A DNA stretch of 64,000 nucleotides from an uncultured delta proteobacterium (GTDB lineage: Bacteria; Desulfobacterota; Desulfuromonadia; Geobacterales; Pseudopelobacteraceae): positions 194,853 to 258,852 of the forward strand of contig CAVYYZ010000024.1 in assembly GCA_963772835.1 (NCBI GenBank), read 5' to 3'. This document shows positions 42,197 to 53,698 of this stretch, piece by piece. The position numbers were made by a program, and so were the translations under genes. Every line of letters begins with the position of its first letter. Within the stretch, counting starts at the first letter, position 1. Below the pieces are notes generated by a model. That model was not told the DNA's origin and did not search any database. It saw nothing but the letters and a program-made list of their open reading frames with translations.

Positions 42197-45100
42197 ATGC
42201 CCCCCCTGATCCCCCAAACAATTGACACAATTGCCGCATTCCGACGCGGTATCCGGCGCATAGCCGTCCCCGGCCTAAAAGGTTCGTCTCCGGCTCTGTT
42301 CGTTGCTGATCTGGTCAGAGCAGGCCTTGATACGCCATTGGTGATCACGGCAACCCAGGAAGCGGCGGAGGAATTCTGCAGGGAGTTTGCCTTCTACTCA
42401 GGAGGGGATCTGCATGCGGTACTCTTTCCGGCGTGGGACACGGTGCCGTTTTCAGCATCTTCTCCGCATCCGGATGTGACCGGAGCCCGGCTGGATACGC
42501 TTTTCCGCCTGAACAACAGCGTATCCAGTATAACCGTCATGTCGGTGTCGGCTGCGATGCAGCGGGTGCTGCCTCGCAAAACCCTGAATGACGCTTCCTG
42601 TTATCTGCTCCCCGGAGAAGAGTTTGAACGGGATGACCTGCTGGCCAGGCTGGTCAGAATGGGATACGCCAATGTGCCGCTGGTGGAGGACCGAGGTACC
42701 TTTGCCGTGCGGGGAGGAATTCTGGATATATTTCCTCCCAATCTGACGACGCCGGTCAGGATTGAGTTTTTTGGCGATACCGCTGAAACCATACGCGCTT
42801 TTGATCCCCTGACGCAACGCTCCCTGCAGCCGGTTGAGGAGCTGGTCCTGCTCCCGTCCCGTGAACTGCTGCTGTCCGACGATGTGCTGGCCGATATTTC
42901 CCCGCGTCTTAAAAAACTCTGCGACGATCTTGACATCCCGGCCAATCGCCGCCGACTGATACTGGAAGATCTGCAAAATGCGGTCTACTACCAGGGTATT
43001 GATTTCCTGCAGCCGCTCCTTCATCCCGGACTTGAGACCATATTTGACTATATTCCTGCCGCCGCCCCGCTGGTTCTGCTTGACCCTGAGGCAATAAGCT
43101 ATGCGCGCCTCAGCCAGTGCGAAGAGGTCGAAGCCGGTGCAGCCAAGGCTGCCGCTGCCGGTCTGGCGCATTCTCCGCCGAATGAGCTTTTCCTGAACGA
43201 TTCCGAAACGGGGGTCATCATCTCAAGGAGACGCGTTATTGAGATGTCCGGTCTGACGCTTGACGCTCCGGGGGAGAGTTCGACAATCGACGTTCCCTGC
43301 CGGGATAACAGTGATCTGCGAGTGAGCGTTTCGAAGGAGAGCAGTCATGCCCTGGCGCCGCTGGCCCGTCAGTTGCGCGAATGGCTTGACGGCGGGGAGC
43401 GGATTGCCATCGCTTGCCACCAACAGCCGCAGGCCGAACGTCTCAAGGATCTTCTTACGCCGTACAAACTCCCCTGCTCCATCAGTGAAGCGGGTTTTGC
43501 TCCCCTGCCGCTCTCCTCTCCCGCCGGGGGAGGCGGATCTTCTCCTCCGTCCAGTGTGGGGATCTCCATTCTCATCGGTGACATCTCCCGCGGCTTCCGC
43601 CTCCCCTCCTCCCGTCTGATACTGATCGCAGAAGAGGAGCTGTTCGGTAAACGGGTCAGGCGCCGCGGTGTTTCGGAAGTGCGTAAAAAACAGCTCCTTG
43701 CCTCTCTGGCGGAACTTAAACCGGGCGATTATATGGTGCATATCGATCATGGAATTGCACTGTACCGCGGGCTGCAGCATATCAGTGTCGGAAGTACAGG
43801 CGGGGATTTCCTGCTGCTGGAGTATGCCGGATCAGACAAACTGTTTCTCCCGGTTGACCGTCTCGGACTGGTACAGCGGTATGTCGGCCCGGAGGGAAGC
43901 CAGCCGGCACTTGACAAACTGGGCGGGGTCTCCTGGGAAAAATCAAAGGGGAAAGCGCGCAAAAACATTGAGGAGCTTGCCGGGGAACTGCTGGAGATAT
44001 ATGCCCGGCGTCAGCTGAGTGAGGGGTTCTCGTTTTCCCCCCCGGATGAAATGTACCGGGAATTCGAGGCATCGTTTGCCTGGGAGGAAACTCCTGACCA
44101 GCTCTCCGCGATTCAGGATGTGCTGGCCGACATGCAGCATTCGAAACCGATGGACCGGCTTGTCTGCGGTGATGTCGGCTACGGCAAGACCGAGGTCGCC
44201 CTGCGGGGCGCTTTCAAGTCGGCATTGGACGGCAAACAGGTCGGCATCCTTGTGCCCACCACCATTCTCGCCCAGCAGCACTATGAAACTTTCCGCGAAC
44301 GGCTGAAGGAGTATCCGGTCACGGTCGAGGTACTCTCCCGTTTTCGTACCGCCAAAGAGCAGAAGGCTATACTTGAACGTCTCAAGAAGGGGGATATCGA
44401 TATCATCATCGGTACTCACCGTCTGCTCCAGAAAGATGTCGCCTTCAAGGATCTTGGTCTCATGATCATAGACGAAGAGCAGCGTTTCGGGGTTAAGGAT
44501 AAGGAACGCCTCAAATCATTCCGGGCGGTGGTCGATGTCATGACTCTTACCGCAACCCCGATCCCCCGCACTCTCTACATGTCTATGATGGGAATCCGCG
44601 ATCTCTCGATCATCGATACGCCGCCGGTTGATCGTCTGGCGGTAAAAACGTTCGTCTCACGCTTCTCCGAGGAGCTGATCCGCGAAGCGGTGTTGCGTGA
44701 GCTGCGCCGCGGCGGGCAGATATTCTTTGTTCATAACCGGGTTCAGACGATCGGGAAACGGGCGGAACTGCTGGCTCAGCTGGTGCCGGAAGCCAAAATC
44801 GCTGTAGGCCATGGCCAGATGGGAGAGCATGAGCTGGAAAAAGTCATGCTCGGCTTCATGCATGGCGAAACCAACCTGCTCCTCTGCACTACGATCATCG
44901 AGTCAGGCCTTGACATCCCGAACGCCAATACCCTGATCGTCGATCATGCCGACAAGTTCGGCCTGTCGCAGCTTTACCAGCTGCGGGGAAGAGTGGGGCG
45001 CTCCACCCAGCGCGGGTATGCCTATCTGCTTATCCCGGGGGAGGGAGCAATAAGTTCGGATGCCCGTGAGCGGCTCCGGGTGCTGCAGGAGATCTCCGAG

Positions 45101-45718
45101 CTGGGGGCAGGATTCCGTATTGCAACTCACGACATGGAAATACGCGGTGCAGGGGACATGCTCGGCAACCGTCAATCCGGAACAGTCACCGAAATCGGCT
45201 TCGAGCTGTACAACCAGATGCTGGAGGAGACGATTGCCCGGATGCGGGGCGAAGAGAACGTCGAACGGGTCGAACCGGAAATCAATCTCAAAGTCCCGGC
45301 CTTCATCCCCGAGGCGTACGTCAAGGAGGCCGGACAGCGGCTGGTAATTTACAAAAAGCTGACCCAGGCGGAAAGTGAAGAGGATGTGCTGGATGTGCAG
45401 AACGAGGTGCTTGATCGCTTCGGTAAATATCCGCTTGCGACATCATACCTTTTTGAGATCATGAAGCTGAGGGTGCTTCTGAAGAAGCTTGTCGTGCGGC
45501 AGATAGATTTCGACGGCCGTGCGGTGATCATTTCGTTCCACCCTCGCACTCCGGCCTCTCCTGATACGATAATCGGCATGATGCGGAGTGAACCGAAAAA
45601 GTTCCAGTTCACACCCGATTACAAGCTGGTCTGCACCCTTAAAGACACCTCTTTTGAGGGGATTCTTGACATGTCAAAGAGTGTTTTGACCCGATTGACT
45701 CCGGCAGGACTTCAGTAG
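42197..45718 (+). CDS. mfd: Transcription-repair coupling factor
   Basis: [33 protein letters not shown] and QLRGRVGRS motifs; TRCF C-terminus. Confidence 0.97.
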   Translation: MPPLIPQTIDTIAAFRRGIRRIAVPGLKGSSPALFVADLVRAGLDTPLVITATQEAAEEFCREFAFYSGGDLHAVLFPAWDTVPFSASSPHPDVTGARLDTLFRLNNSVSSITVMSVSAAMQRVLPRKTLNDASCYLLPGEEFERDDLLARLVRMGYANVPLVEDRGTFAVRGGILDIFPPNLTTPVRIEFFGDTAETIRAFDPLTQRSLQPVEELVLLPSRELLLSDDVLADISPRLKKLCDDLDIPANRRRLILEDLQNAVYYQGIDFLQPLLHPGLETIFDYIPAAAPLVLLDPEAISYARLSQCEEVEAGAAKAAAAGLAHSPPNELFLNDSETGVIISRRRVIEMSGLTLDAPGESSTIDVPCRDNSDLRVSVSKESSHALAPLARQLREWLDGGERIAIACHQQPQAERLKDLLTPYKLPCSISEAGFAPLPLSSPAGGGGSSPPSSVGISILIGDISRGFRLPSSRLILIAEEELFGKRVRRRGVSEVRKKQLLASLAELKPGDYMVHIDHGIALYRGLQHISVGSTGGDFLLLEYAGSDKLFLPVDRLGLVQRYVGPEGSQPALDKLGGVSWEKSKGKARKNIEELAGELLEIYARRQLSEGFSFSPPDEMYREFEASFAWEETPDQLSAIQDVLADMQHSKPMDRLVCGDVGYGKTEVALRGAFKSALDGKQVGILVPTTILAQQHYETFRERLKEYPVTVEVLSRFRTAKEQKAILERLKKGDIDIIIGTHRLLQKDVAFKDLGLMIIDEEQRFGVKDKERLKSFRAVVDVMTLTATPIPRTLYMSMMGIRDLSIIDTPPVDRLAVKTFVSRFSEELIREAVLRELRRGGQIFFVHNRVQTIGKRAELLAQLVPEAKIAVGHGQMGEHELEKVMLGFMHGETNLLLCTTIIESGLDIPNANTLIVDHADKFGLSQLYQLRGRVGRSTQRGYAYLLIPGEGAISSDARERLRVLQEISELGAGFRIATHDMEIRGAGDMLGNRQSGTVTEIGFELYNQMLEETIARMRGEENVERVEPEINLKVPAFIPEAYVKEAGQRLVIYKKLTQAESEEDVLDVQNEVLDRFGKYPLATSYLFEIMKLRVLLKKLVVRQIDFDGRAVIISFHPRTPASPDTIIGMMRSEPKKFQFTPDYKLVCTLKDTSFEGILDMSKSVLTRLTPAGLQ

Positions 45719-45871
45719 TCCCCATGCTCGAAAATATGGATTTATACATCCTATCCTGTTAATCTGCTTCGTGCGGGATTCTGACCCCGATTCATGGGAC
45801 AGGAAGTTTGACGGGCCATATGCTGCCAATTGCATGCAGAAAAAGCTTTATACGTACTAAGCCAGGTATAT

Positions 45872-47365
45872 ATGCTCAGCCATTATCCGCTCCTGACAAT
45901 TCTCATATTCCTCCCGCTGGCCGGCTGCCTGCTGCTCCTGCCGCTCTGGGGTCGTGCGTCGGTGGTACGGCCGGTTGCCTTCGGGGTCGCCGCAGCAGAA
46001 CTGGTGCTGACCGGATGGATCTACGCGTCGTGGCGGGTTTTGGAGGGAATTCAGTCGAAACTCCCCGGCTACCTGCTGCTGGAGGACGTTCCCTGGATCC
46101 CGTCATTCGGTATCCGGTATTCTCTGGGGTTGGACGGCATCTCGCTCCTGATGGTCATGCTGACTTCGTTCACCTTTTGCGTGGCACTGGCGGTGTCATG
46201 GAACTCCATAAAGGAGCGGACAGCCCTGTTCCTGATGCTGATGCTGATTATGGAGTCCGGCATTATGGGGGTTTTTCTCTCACTCGATCTGGCGCTGTTC
46301 TACCTGTTCTGGGAGATCATGCTGATCCCGATGTTCTTCCTGATCGGCGTCTGGGGGCATGGTCGCAAGATCTATTCGACGATCAAATTTTTCCTCTTCA
46401 CCATGTTCGGTTCGCTTTTGATGTTGCTGGCAATCATTGCGCTGCACCTGCTGCACGCCGGACAGAGCGGTGTGACGACCTTTGCCCTGCATGATCTGCT
46501 GAAAACCCAGATTCCCTTTACCACTCAGATCTGGCTGTTCGCCGCCTTCTTTCTGGCGTTTGCCATCAAATTCCCGCTCTTTCCGCTCCATACCTGGCTC
46601 CCTGATGCCCATACCGACGCCCCGACCGCCGGGAGCGTGATTCTGGCCGGTCTGCTGCTCAAGACCGGAGGATACGGGCTGATCCGCTTCGGCTATCCAC
46701 TTTTCCCGCTGGCGGCACAGGCGCTGACGCCGCTGTTCTATACGCTTGCGCTGATCGGCATCTTCTACGCGTCGCTGGTCGCCTTTGCCCAGGAGGATAT
46801 GAAGCGTCTGATCGCTTATTCCAGTATCGGGCATATGGGGTACGTCGCAATCGGCATCGCCGCCTGGCAGCCGGTTGCCCTCTCAGGCTCGATACTGCAG
46901 ATGGCCAACCACGGAGTGACCACCGGGGCGCTGTTCTGCCTGATCGGAATGCTGGATGAGCGGGCGCATACCCGGGACATCGCGGCCTTTGGCGGCGTGT
47001 GGGGGAAAATTCCAATCTGGTCGTTCTTCTTTCTGATCTTTTCGCTGACCTCTATGGGCGTGCCGGGACTGAACAGCTTCGTCGGTGAATTTCTGATCCT
47101 GGCCGGGACGTTCAAACAATCACCCCTGGTCGTTGTGCTCTCCTTCGTCGGCATAATCCTGCCGCTGATCTACATGGTGCGACTGGTGCAGGAGGTAGTG
47201 TTCCAGAAGGAACGCCAACCGTTGGTGCTGACTGACCTTAATCTGCGGGAGATAACTATTATGACGGCGCTCCTGCTGCTTGACATCTGGGTGGGGATTC
47301 ATCCGGCTCCGCTTCTTGATATGATTCACCTGCCTGTTCAGCTGCTGTCGGGGGTGTCGCCGTGA
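45872..47365 (+). CDS. NuoM-like antiporter-type subunit
   Basis: FWEIMLIPMFFLIG, IKFP.FPLHTWLPDAH, LLKTGGYG, KRLIAYSS and FVGEF motifs. Confidence 0.88.
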   Translation: MLSHYPLLTILIFLPLAGCLLLLPLWGRASVVRPVAFGVAAAELVLTGWIYASWRVLEGIQSKLPGYLLLEDVPWIPSFGIRYSLGLDGISLLMVMLTSFTFCVALAVSWNSIKERTALFLMLMLIMESGIMGVFLSLDLALFYLFWEIMLIPMFFLIGVWGHGRKIYSTIKFFLFTMFGSLLMLLAIIALHLLHAGQSGVTTFALHDLLKTQIPFTTQIWLFAAFFLAFAIKFPLFPLHTWLPDAHTDAPTAGSVILAGLLLKTGGYGLIRFGYPLFPLAAQALTPLFYTLALIGIFYASLVAFAQEDMKRLIAYSSIGHMGYVAIGIAAWQPVALSGSILQMANHGVTTGALFCLIGMLDERAHTRDIAAFGGVWGKIPIWSFFFLIFSLTSMGVPGLNSFVGEFLILAGTFKQSPLVVVLSFVGIILPLIYMVRLVQEVVFQKERQPLVLTDLNLREITIMTALLLLDIWVGIHPAPLLDMIHLPVQLLSGVSP

Positions 47366-48780
47366 GTGCCGCTGAACTGATGGCCCTGATGCCGCTTATG
47401 ATACTGGCGGCGGGGAGCGTGCTCTGTCTACTGGTAGGCGCGGTCAGACCGGGGAGCTACCTGTACGCAGCTTCAATTGTTATTGTTTCAGCCGCCCTGC
47501 TCTGGAGTTGTGCCGTTCCCGTTGGAGCGGTCCTGCCGGGGCTCTCGGTCACCCCGTTTTCCCGTGTCTGCTCGGCCTTTCTCTGCTGTACCGGCATTGT
47601 TGCCCTGCTGTTGGCCCGCTCCTACAATATTCGTAACGATATCACCGGTGAGGAGTATCCGGCTTCGATTCTCTTTGCCCTGGCCGGGATGACTGCCGCG
47701 TGCGCCGCAACGGATATGTTGATGCTGTTCCTCGGTCTGGAAGCGTTCACGTTCGCTTTTTACATCCTGGCGGCGATCAAGCGGGACTCCTCAAAGGGGG
47801 GTGAAGCCGGGCTGAAGTATCTGTTGAACGGAACGTTGTCGGCAGCAATACTGGCAATGGGGATGGCACTGGTGTATGCCGCGCGGGGAACGCTCAAGCT
47901 GGCTGAACTGGCCTCCTCAAGTGGAAGTTCTCCGGAGCCGCTTTTTCTCGCAGGGTGCTGTCTGATACTGCTGGGAATGTCGTTCAAACTCTCCTGGGTG
48001 CCGGCCCATCTCTGGACGGCGGATGTGTACCAGGGGGCTCCTGCGCCGGTGACTGCTCTGCTTTCCACCTCATCCAAGGGGGCATCGCTGTCGGCACTGC
48101 TGCTCCTGATGCCGCTCTTCGGTGCCTGGCATGGCCTGCACAACATCCTCTGGATGCTGGCGCTGTTCTCGATGCTGGCCGGTAATCTGGCGGCACTGGT
48201 GCAGACAAATATCAAACGGATGCTGGCCTGGTCGTCAGTCGGGCAGATGGGATATGTTGCATTGGCGTTGGTTGCCGCTCCGGCTGGCGGTAACGCGGCG
48301 GCTCTGCTGTATATGATGGTCTATGCCGCTGCCGGTCTGGCCGCTTTCGGAGCAGTATCTGTCCTCTCGGATGAGGAGGAATTAGACGCTATTGAGGCCT
48401 ATCGCGGGCTGGGGTATCGCAATCCTCTGGCAGGTGCGGCATTGGCTGTCGCCATGTTTTCTCTGGCGGGGATACCGCCGACAGCAGGTTTCATGGGTAA
48501 ATTTGCCGTATTTGCCGCCGCGCTGAGGGGGGGGGAATTCATGCTGGCACTGATCGGCATCCTCTCTGCGCTGGTGGCTGTTTATTTCTACCTGAGAATC
48601 GTAGTTATACTGTATATGAAACCATCATTGTCCGCGAATGAGCCTGCCCGCACACTTGATTTGGCCGAGATCGCCGCCCTGCTCGTGCCGACAGCTGCCA
48701 TGGTACTGCTTGGTGTCTATCCGCAACCGTTGCTGGAACTGCTGGAAAAAATCCTGATACGGCCTCACTTCCCTTTTTAA
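47362..48780 (+). CDS. NuoN-like antiporter-type subunit
   Basis: EAGLKY, FKLS.VP.HLW.ADVYQGAP, NIKRMLA.SS and SLAGIPPTAGF.GK motifs; GTGA overlap. Confidence 0.88.
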   Translation: MSAAELMALMPLMILAAGSVLCLLVGAVRPGSYLYAASIVIVSAALLWSCAVPVGAVLPGLSVTPFSRVCSAFLCCTGIVALLLARSYNIRNDITGEEYPASILFALAGMTAACAATDMLMLFLGLEAFTFAFYILAAIKRDSSKGGEAGLKYLLNGTLSAAILAMGMALVYAARGTLKLAELASSSGSSPEPLFLAGCCLILLGMSFKLSWVPAHLWTADVYQGAPAPVTALLSTSSKGASLSALLLLMPLFGAWHGLHNILWMLALFSMLAGNLAALVQTNIKRMLAWSSVGQMGYVALALVAAPAGGNAAALLYMMVYAAAGLAAFGAVSVLSDEEELDAIEAYRGLGYRNPLAGAALAVAMFSLAGIPPTAGFMGKFAVFAAALRGGEFMLALIGILSALVAVYFYLRIVVILYMKPSLSANEPARTLDLAEIAALLVPTAAMVLLGVYPQPLLELLEKILIRPHFPF

Positions 48781-48800
48781 ATCAATTCTGAGAGGAATTC

Positions 48801-50402
48801 ATGAAGGACGATCTTAAATCAACCTCTCTGGCAGGGGTCAGGACCAGGCATTCTACGCTGATGCTGTTACTGACGGCACTGGTATGCGGAGCAACTGTCA
48901 TGGTTGTCGAAGTTCTCGGTTCCCGTGTTATCGGCCCGTTTTTCGGTGCCAGTCTGTACGTCTGGACGTCGCTCATCACAGTGACTCTGGTCGCGCTTGC
49001 CGCAGGGTACTGGGGAGGCGGAGTCCTTTCCGACCGGAGTAAAAACAGCATCGACTGGCTTTACGCACTTATCGGACTGGCCGGCGTGTTTATTCTGCTG
49101 GTGCCGCTTGTTAAAAATCCGGTTATTACATTGATCCTTCCACTGGGACTGAGGTTGGGATCGCTGGTCTCCGCCGGGCTGCTATTCGGACCCGCATTGC
49201 TGCTGCTGGGGATGGTCTCACCTCTCATCGTACGGATAGCGGTACGGGAAACGGCAAGCATCGGCAGAACGGTCGGCCTTTTTTCGTCGGTATCGACGGT
49301 CGGCAGCTTCATCGGCACGGTATGCACCGGGTTTATCCTCATCGCCTACTTCAATGTCGACAGGATATTCATTGTTGTGGGGGGCATTCTGCTGCTTCTT
49401 TCGGTCACCTATGCAGTGTTATACCGGCGCGTCTGGCTTTTTGTGCCGCTGCTGATAGTTCCATTTGCCGTGCCGGAAGCCGGGGCGCTGAAGAGCCGGC
49501 TGCTATCGAATGGGACACGCGTAACACGGGTGTTTTACAAGGACTCTTTCTATGGGAACATGCAGGTGCTTGAGTATTCTTTTGGTACCAGGCATACCCG
49601 CGAACTGGTTGTTGATGCGACAATTCAGGGTGGAATCGACGTTGCATCCGGGACGTCGGTATACGAATACCCGTATTTTCTCCAGTTTGTTCCCCGGGCA
49701 ATTAATCCGAAAGGGAAGGAGTGCCTTGTTATCGGGCTCGGAGCCGGTGTGATTCCAATGTGGTATGAGCGGCAGGGGGTGCGCACCGATGTTGTCGATA
49801 TTGATCCCCTTGTCTTTGAAGTCGCCCGTCGTTTTTTCTCGTTTAGAACCGCCGGCGCATCCATTGTCGAAGATGCCCGGTATTATCTGAGCCGCCCCGG
49901 CAAGCGGTACGATTATATTCTCCTTGACGTGTTTAACGGCGACAACACGCCATTCCACGTACTGAGCAAAGAAGCATTACTGGCCGCTAAACTGCGTATG
50001 GCTCCCGGGGGGGTACTCGGGATAAATATGTGGGGAAACCTGAAGGGTGATTCTTATATGACCGCTTCCATAGTCAGGACTCTGAAAGAGGTCTTCCGCA
50101 CGGTCGATATATATCCCGGTTTTGACAGTACCGCTTCGGAAGGAATCGGCAACCTGGAACTCTTTGCGTATGACATGGCTCCCGTAACCGTTCATCCTGC
50201 CCAGCTCGCCGGTTACGACGTACATCCGATGGCCGGGGATATCCGCCGGCTGATGTACAGAAAATTCGAGTTTCCCGCACATACTCCGGCGATAACTTTG
50301 ACGGATGACTATAATCCGATAGATTTTTATGATGTGAAAACCAGAGAAATCAACAGAAGGAGGATTATTGAGGCCACCGATCTGGATTTCCTTATGGGGT
50401 GA
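48801..50402 (+). CDS. Fused membrane domain / spermidine-synthase-like SAM-dependent protein
   Basis: N-terminal TM bundle (EVLGSR...FG.S.YVW), then LVIGLGAG, DIDP, EDAR, LDVF and LTDDYNP. Confidence 0.82.
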   Translation: MKDDLKSTSLAGVRTRHSTLMLLLTALVCGATVMVVEVLGSRVIGPFFGASLYVWTSLITVTLVALAAGYWGGGVLSDRSKNSIDWLYALIGLAGVFILLVPLVKNPVITLILPLGLRLGSLVSAGLLFGPALLLLGMVSPLIVRIAVRETASIGRTVGLFSSVSTVGSFIGTVCTGFILIAYFNVDRIFIVVGGILLLLSVTYAVLYRRVWLFVPLLIVPFAVPEAGALKSRLLSNGTRVTRVFYKDSFYGNMQVLEYSFGTRHTRELVVDATIQGGIDVASGTSVYEYPYFLQFVPRAINPKGKECLVIGLGAGVIPMWYERQGVRTDVVDIDPLVFEVARRFFSFRTAGASIVEDARYYLSRPGKRYDYILLDVFNGDNTPFHVLSKEALLAAKLRMAPGGVLGINMWGNLKGDSYMTASIVRTLKEVFRTVDIYPGFDSTASEGIGNLELFAYDMAPVTVHPAQLAGYDVHPMAGDIRRLMYRKFEFPAHTPAITLTDDYNPIDFYDVKTREINRRRIIEATDLDFLMG

Positions 50403-50425
50403 AGAGAATCGGAAACCGGAAGCAC

Positions 50426-50956
50426 TCAGTAAAACGACAGCCAGGCATCCATGAAGAAAAACAGCCATCCCAGATTACAGATCAGGGCGATGTACCAGAG
50501 GTAATGCCGTTTTGTCAGGCTGGAGATTGATGAGAGCATCAGGGCGATCTGCAGAAAAATCAGTGCATATGCAAAATTCCCCCCCATCTCCTGGGACTTG
50601 AGCTTGGCTTTGGCGATCGATTCGGCCTTCTCTTTTATTTCCCTCTTTTCAAGGTCGTACCGTTTTACCTCCTCACCGTATTTGTTCAGAGTACTCTGGT
50701 ACGCAGTCGCCGCCTCAGGAGACAACCCTTTTTGGGAGAGGTACAGAAGCTCCAAGGTTTTTCTGTTTGTCTCGAACGTATGTCCCTTGATGCTTTTTGC
50801 CTGATAGAATGCCCACTGATCGCTTTCCTGCCCCTGAGCCATAATGGCACGCGACGAATATTTCCCCATATACAGTGTCGTCAGTGCCGCCAGCACCGCC
50901 ATAATTGCGGTCGAAAGAGCCAGCCATCCCTGCCACTTTTCACCCTGTTCTGACAT
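50426..50956 (-). CDS. DUF4337 family membrane protein
   Basis: ALSTAIMAVLAA, SDQWAFYQAKSIK and LQIALMLSSI motifs; AAGGAG RBS. Confidence 0.8.
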   Translation of the reverse strand: MSEQGEKWQGWLALSTAIMAVLAALTTLYMGKYSSRAIMAQGQESDQWAFYQAKSIKGHTFETNRKTLELLYLSQKGLSPEAATAYQSTLNKYGEEVKRYDLEKREIKEKAESIAKAKLKSQEMGGNFAYALIFLQIALMLSSISSLTKRHYLWYIALICNLGWLFFFMDAWLSFY

Positions 50957-50987
50957 TACCTGCTCTCCTTTTATCCTGCAAATTGTT

Positions 50988-51106
50988 AACCACGAAGACA
51001 CGAAGGACACGAAGTTACATCAACTGCAATTACAGCTGATTGGATTATTTGTGAACCGCAACAGGGGTGTTTCGCCTGGCTTCCTGAATTCTTCGTGACT
51101 TCGTGT
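50988..51106. repeat. Intergenic inverted repeat made of CACGAAG units
   Basis: ACCACGAAGACACGAAGGACACGAAG ... CTTCGTGACTTCGTG. Confidence 0.6.
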
Positions 51107-51132
51107 ATGTATTTGGTGTGGGGCATGATCTT

Positions 51133-51966
51133 CTAGATAAAGAGAGGCTGCGCAGAGGGAGGAATAATCCCCGCCTGTTCGGCCCGCAGCAGCAGGCAGG
51201 TGATCGCTCGAACTCCTTCATCCCCCAGGTCAGTTGAAAAATCGTTGACATACAGGCCGATGTGGGCGGCACAGACCTCCGGGCTCATCTCCTGGGCATG
51301 TTCGCCGATATAGCGGGCCGCCTGGTCCGGGTGACTCCGGGCGTATCCGACCCCGGTCTTCAGAGCCCGTTCGACGGCCGCAATTGTTTCAGCTCCAAGT
51401 GACCGGCGTGCCACGATGCCGCCGAGCGGAATCGGCAGTCCGGTCTCTCCTTCCCACCATTCCCCCAGATCGAGCAGTTTGTGCAGGCCAAAACTCTGGT
51501 ATGTGAAGCGGGATTCGTGGATGATCAGCCCGGCATCGACGGTTCTGTTCAGCACCGCATCCATGATCTCGTTGAACGGCATGATGATTAAATTATCAAG
51601 TGCGGGGTCAAACAGCTGTAGCAGCAGGAGCGCTGTGGTATAGCGCCCCGGCACGGCAATCTTCCTGCCGCGCAGATCGGCAGGGTCGATCCTGTCGGCC
51701 GCGACCAGCAGCGGCCCGCAGCCGCGGCCCAGCGCGCTTCCGGAGTGAAGCAGTGCATACTCTTCACGGATATGCCCCAGAGCATGGTATGACACCTTGC
51801 TTATGTCCAGCTCGCACTTCATGGCGAGCCGGTTGAGCGTTTCCACATCCTCCAGCCGCTCCCGGAATGTCAATCCGCCCGTGTCGATCAGGCCATGCAC
51901 GAGAGGGTAGAACATGAAGGTATCGTTGGGGCAGGGGGAGAAGCCGAGGGTAAGTTCTTTAGGCAT
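51133..51966 (-). CDS. mqnD: 1,4-dihydroxy-6-naphthoate synthase (futalosine pathway)
   Basis: SPCPNDTF, DVETLN, GRGCGP, IHE.RFTY, PIPLG and HIGLYVN motifs. Confidence 0.93.
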   Translation of the reverse strand: MPKELTLGFSPCPNDTFMFYPLVHGLIDTGGLTFRERLEDVETLNRLAMKCELDISKVSYHALGHIREEYALLHSGSALGRGCGPLLVAADRIDPADLRGRKIAVPGRYTTALLLLQLFDPALDNLIIMPFNEIMDAVLNRTVDAGLIIHESRFTYQSFGLHKLLDLGEWWEGETGLPIPLGGIVARRSLGAETIAAVERALKTGVGYARSHPDQAARYIGEHAQEMSPEVCAAHIGLYVNDFSTDLGDEGVRAITCLLLRAEQAGIIPPSAQPLFI

Positions 51967-51996
51967 TAGTGTCTCCGAATCGACGCAGATAGTGTG

Positions 51997-52434
51997 CTAC
52001 CGTTCCAGAATAAACGTTACCGGCCCGTCATTAACCAGCGACACCTGCATATCGGCCTGGAATATGCCGGTTTCGACCGGGAGGCCGGTTCGTCCGGCAG
52101 CGGCGACGAAGTAGTCGTACAGCCGCTTCCCTTCATCTGGCGGCGCCGCCGTATCGAAGGAGGGGCGCTTCCCTTTGGTGCAGTTGCCGGCCAGGGTAAA
52201 CTGGGAGACAACCAACAGCGCCCCGCCGATATCTTTTACCGAGAGGTTCATTTTCCCGGCATCGTCGTAGAATATCCGCAGTCCGCAGATCTTATTCACA
52301 AGCCAGTCGGCCCGGGGTTCTTCGTCTCCTTTTTCCACGCCGAGCAGGATCATAATCCCTGGTCCGATATGGCCGACAATGGTATCCCCGACTGTGACCG
52401 AGGCGGATGTAACTCTTTGAATGACCGCTTTCAC
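51997..52434 (-). CDS. dtd: D-aminoacyl-tRNA deacylase
   Basis: KAVIQRV, SQFTL, KG.RPSF and NDGPVT motifs. Confidence 0.95.
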   Translation of the reverse strand: MKAVIQRVTSASVTVGDTIVGHIGPGIMILLGVEKGDEEPRADWLVNKICGLRIFYDDAGKMNLSVKDIGGALLVVSQFTLAGNCTKGKRPSFDTAAPPDEGKRLYDYFVAAAGRTGLPVETGIFQADMQVSLVNDGPVTFILER

Positions 52435-52446
52435 GTAATTTTCCTT

Positions 52447-52782
52447 TTACGCCTTTTTGACGAATTCAGATTTCAGCTGCATTGCGCCGACGCCGTCAAT
52501 CCTGCAGTCGATATCATGGTCGCCATCAACGAGTCGAATAATCTTGATCTTTACCCCGGTTTTAACAACCGCTGACGAACCCTTGATCTTCAGGTCCTTG
52601 ATGACGGTGATCGAATCGCCCGCTTTCAATTCATTGCCGAACGAATCCCGCACGACGATGTCGGAAGGGGAGCTCTCTGCGGCGGCAATCGGCCATTCGA
52701 GGGCACATTCCGGGCAGACAAACATCTCGCCGTCTTCATAGGTATACTCTGAACTGCATGCTGGGCATTTTGGTAAAGTCAT
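52447..52782 (-). CDS. PhnA/YjdM zinc-ribbon protein
   Basis: [14 protein letters not shown]...[14 protein letters not shown] and LKSEFVKK motifs. Confidence 0.9.
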   Translation of the reverse strand: MTLPKCPACSSEYTYEDGEMFVCPECALEWPIAAAESSPSDIVVRDSFGNELKAGDSITVIKDLKIKGSSAVVKTGVKIKIIRLVDGDHDIDCRIDGVGAMQLKSEFVKKA

Positions 52783-52827
52783 CAGGAATCCTTTTAAATG
52801 TAATGTGCAAATGGTTGTGTATCTGTA

Positions 52828-53133
52828 TCAATCAACATAGATGAAATTAACAGCATTGGTGAGTTCCGGTTTCAGGTGATCAAGTTGAGCAAGAGGAAGA
52901 CCAAGATTTCGTTCGGAAACAGTAAAAATATCAAGCAGGCTTGCAGAACACTGTTCACCGGCGTATGAAAATTTGAGTGTAGTGATAGAAATATCAATAA
53001 CAGTGCTGCTTTTGCGAACCAGCGCGACAATGCGCGTGCCCGCTTGCATTTGGTCGTTTTGTATATCCAGCAGATAGGGGTAACTAACCGCCAGTTCCTT
53101 CAGGTTATTTTTGTAGAGAGCCAATCGGGACAC
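52828..53133 (-). CDS. CcdB-like toxin
   Basis: LYKN...YPYLLDIQND...TRIV resembles the CcdB N-terminus; GTG start just after the ccdA-like stop. Confidence 0.65.
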   Translation of the reverse strand: MSRLALYKNNLKELAVSYPYLLDIQNDQMQAGTRIVALVRKSSTVIDISITTLKFSYAGEQCSASLLDIFTVSERNLGLPLAQLDHLKPELTNAVNFIYVD

Positions 53134-53134
53134 G

Positions 53135-53389
53135 TCAACTCTCCTGTGTGGGAAGTACACCATATAGCCGCTCAGCTGCCGTACCGCCTTCGGACTCCAG
53201 CAATCTGCGCCGTTCGGCAAGCGCCGCTTGATTTTCGATCACCCACGTTTCGCGGGCTTTTGCGCGGCGTATTTCAATAATCAGCGAATCAACCGCCTTG
53301 CTCAAATTCATGCCGATCTGCTTGACGAAGTCGGCGTTCTCGCTTGCAATAGATATGTTGATGTTACGTCTAGCTGATGATGTTGCCAT
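53135..53389 (-). CDS. CcdA-like antitoxin
   Basis: RHH-like RRNINISI...GMNLS, then R..W..EN..A as in CcdA. Confidence 0.7.
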   Translation of the reverse strand: MATSSARRNINISIASENADFVKQIGMNLSKAVDSLIIEIRRAKARETWVIENQAALAERRRLLESEGGTAAERLYGVLPTQES

Positions 53390-53449
53390 ATATTTCTCCA
53401 TAACAACCTGTTTTTGCGCATGGTATGTCAAGTCGTACAGCCAGTCAAG

Positions 53450-53477
53450 CGCATAAATATGTGTGTAAATATGCGCA
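53450..53477. promoter_or_regulatory. Palindromic putative operator of the ccdAB-like pair
   Basis: GCGCATA-N14-TATGCGC upstream of ccdA. Confidence 0.45.
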
Positions 53478-53593
53478 CAGAATTGTAAAGGAGAGAGAAG
53501 CAAGGATCCGTGACCATACTTTCCATATTCTGTAGAATGTTGACTTGACTGTTTTGCTTGTTTCTGTGAGCGGGGCATTGATGGGTTGTGGAG

Positions 53594-53647
53594 GAAAAAC
53601 GGGGCTGAGGCTGACCCGCCCTCGGCGGGTCTTGCCGATGGTTGGGC
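53594..53647 (-). other. attC site A
   Basis: Minus strand: GCCCAAC-CATCG-GCAAGACC...GGTCAGC-9 nt-GTT(TTTC); same family as sites B and C. Confidence 0.75.
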
Positions 53648-53698
53648 CTGCGCTTTTAAAATCCTTTACTTTTATAACATGCGTGGTATATTCAGATC

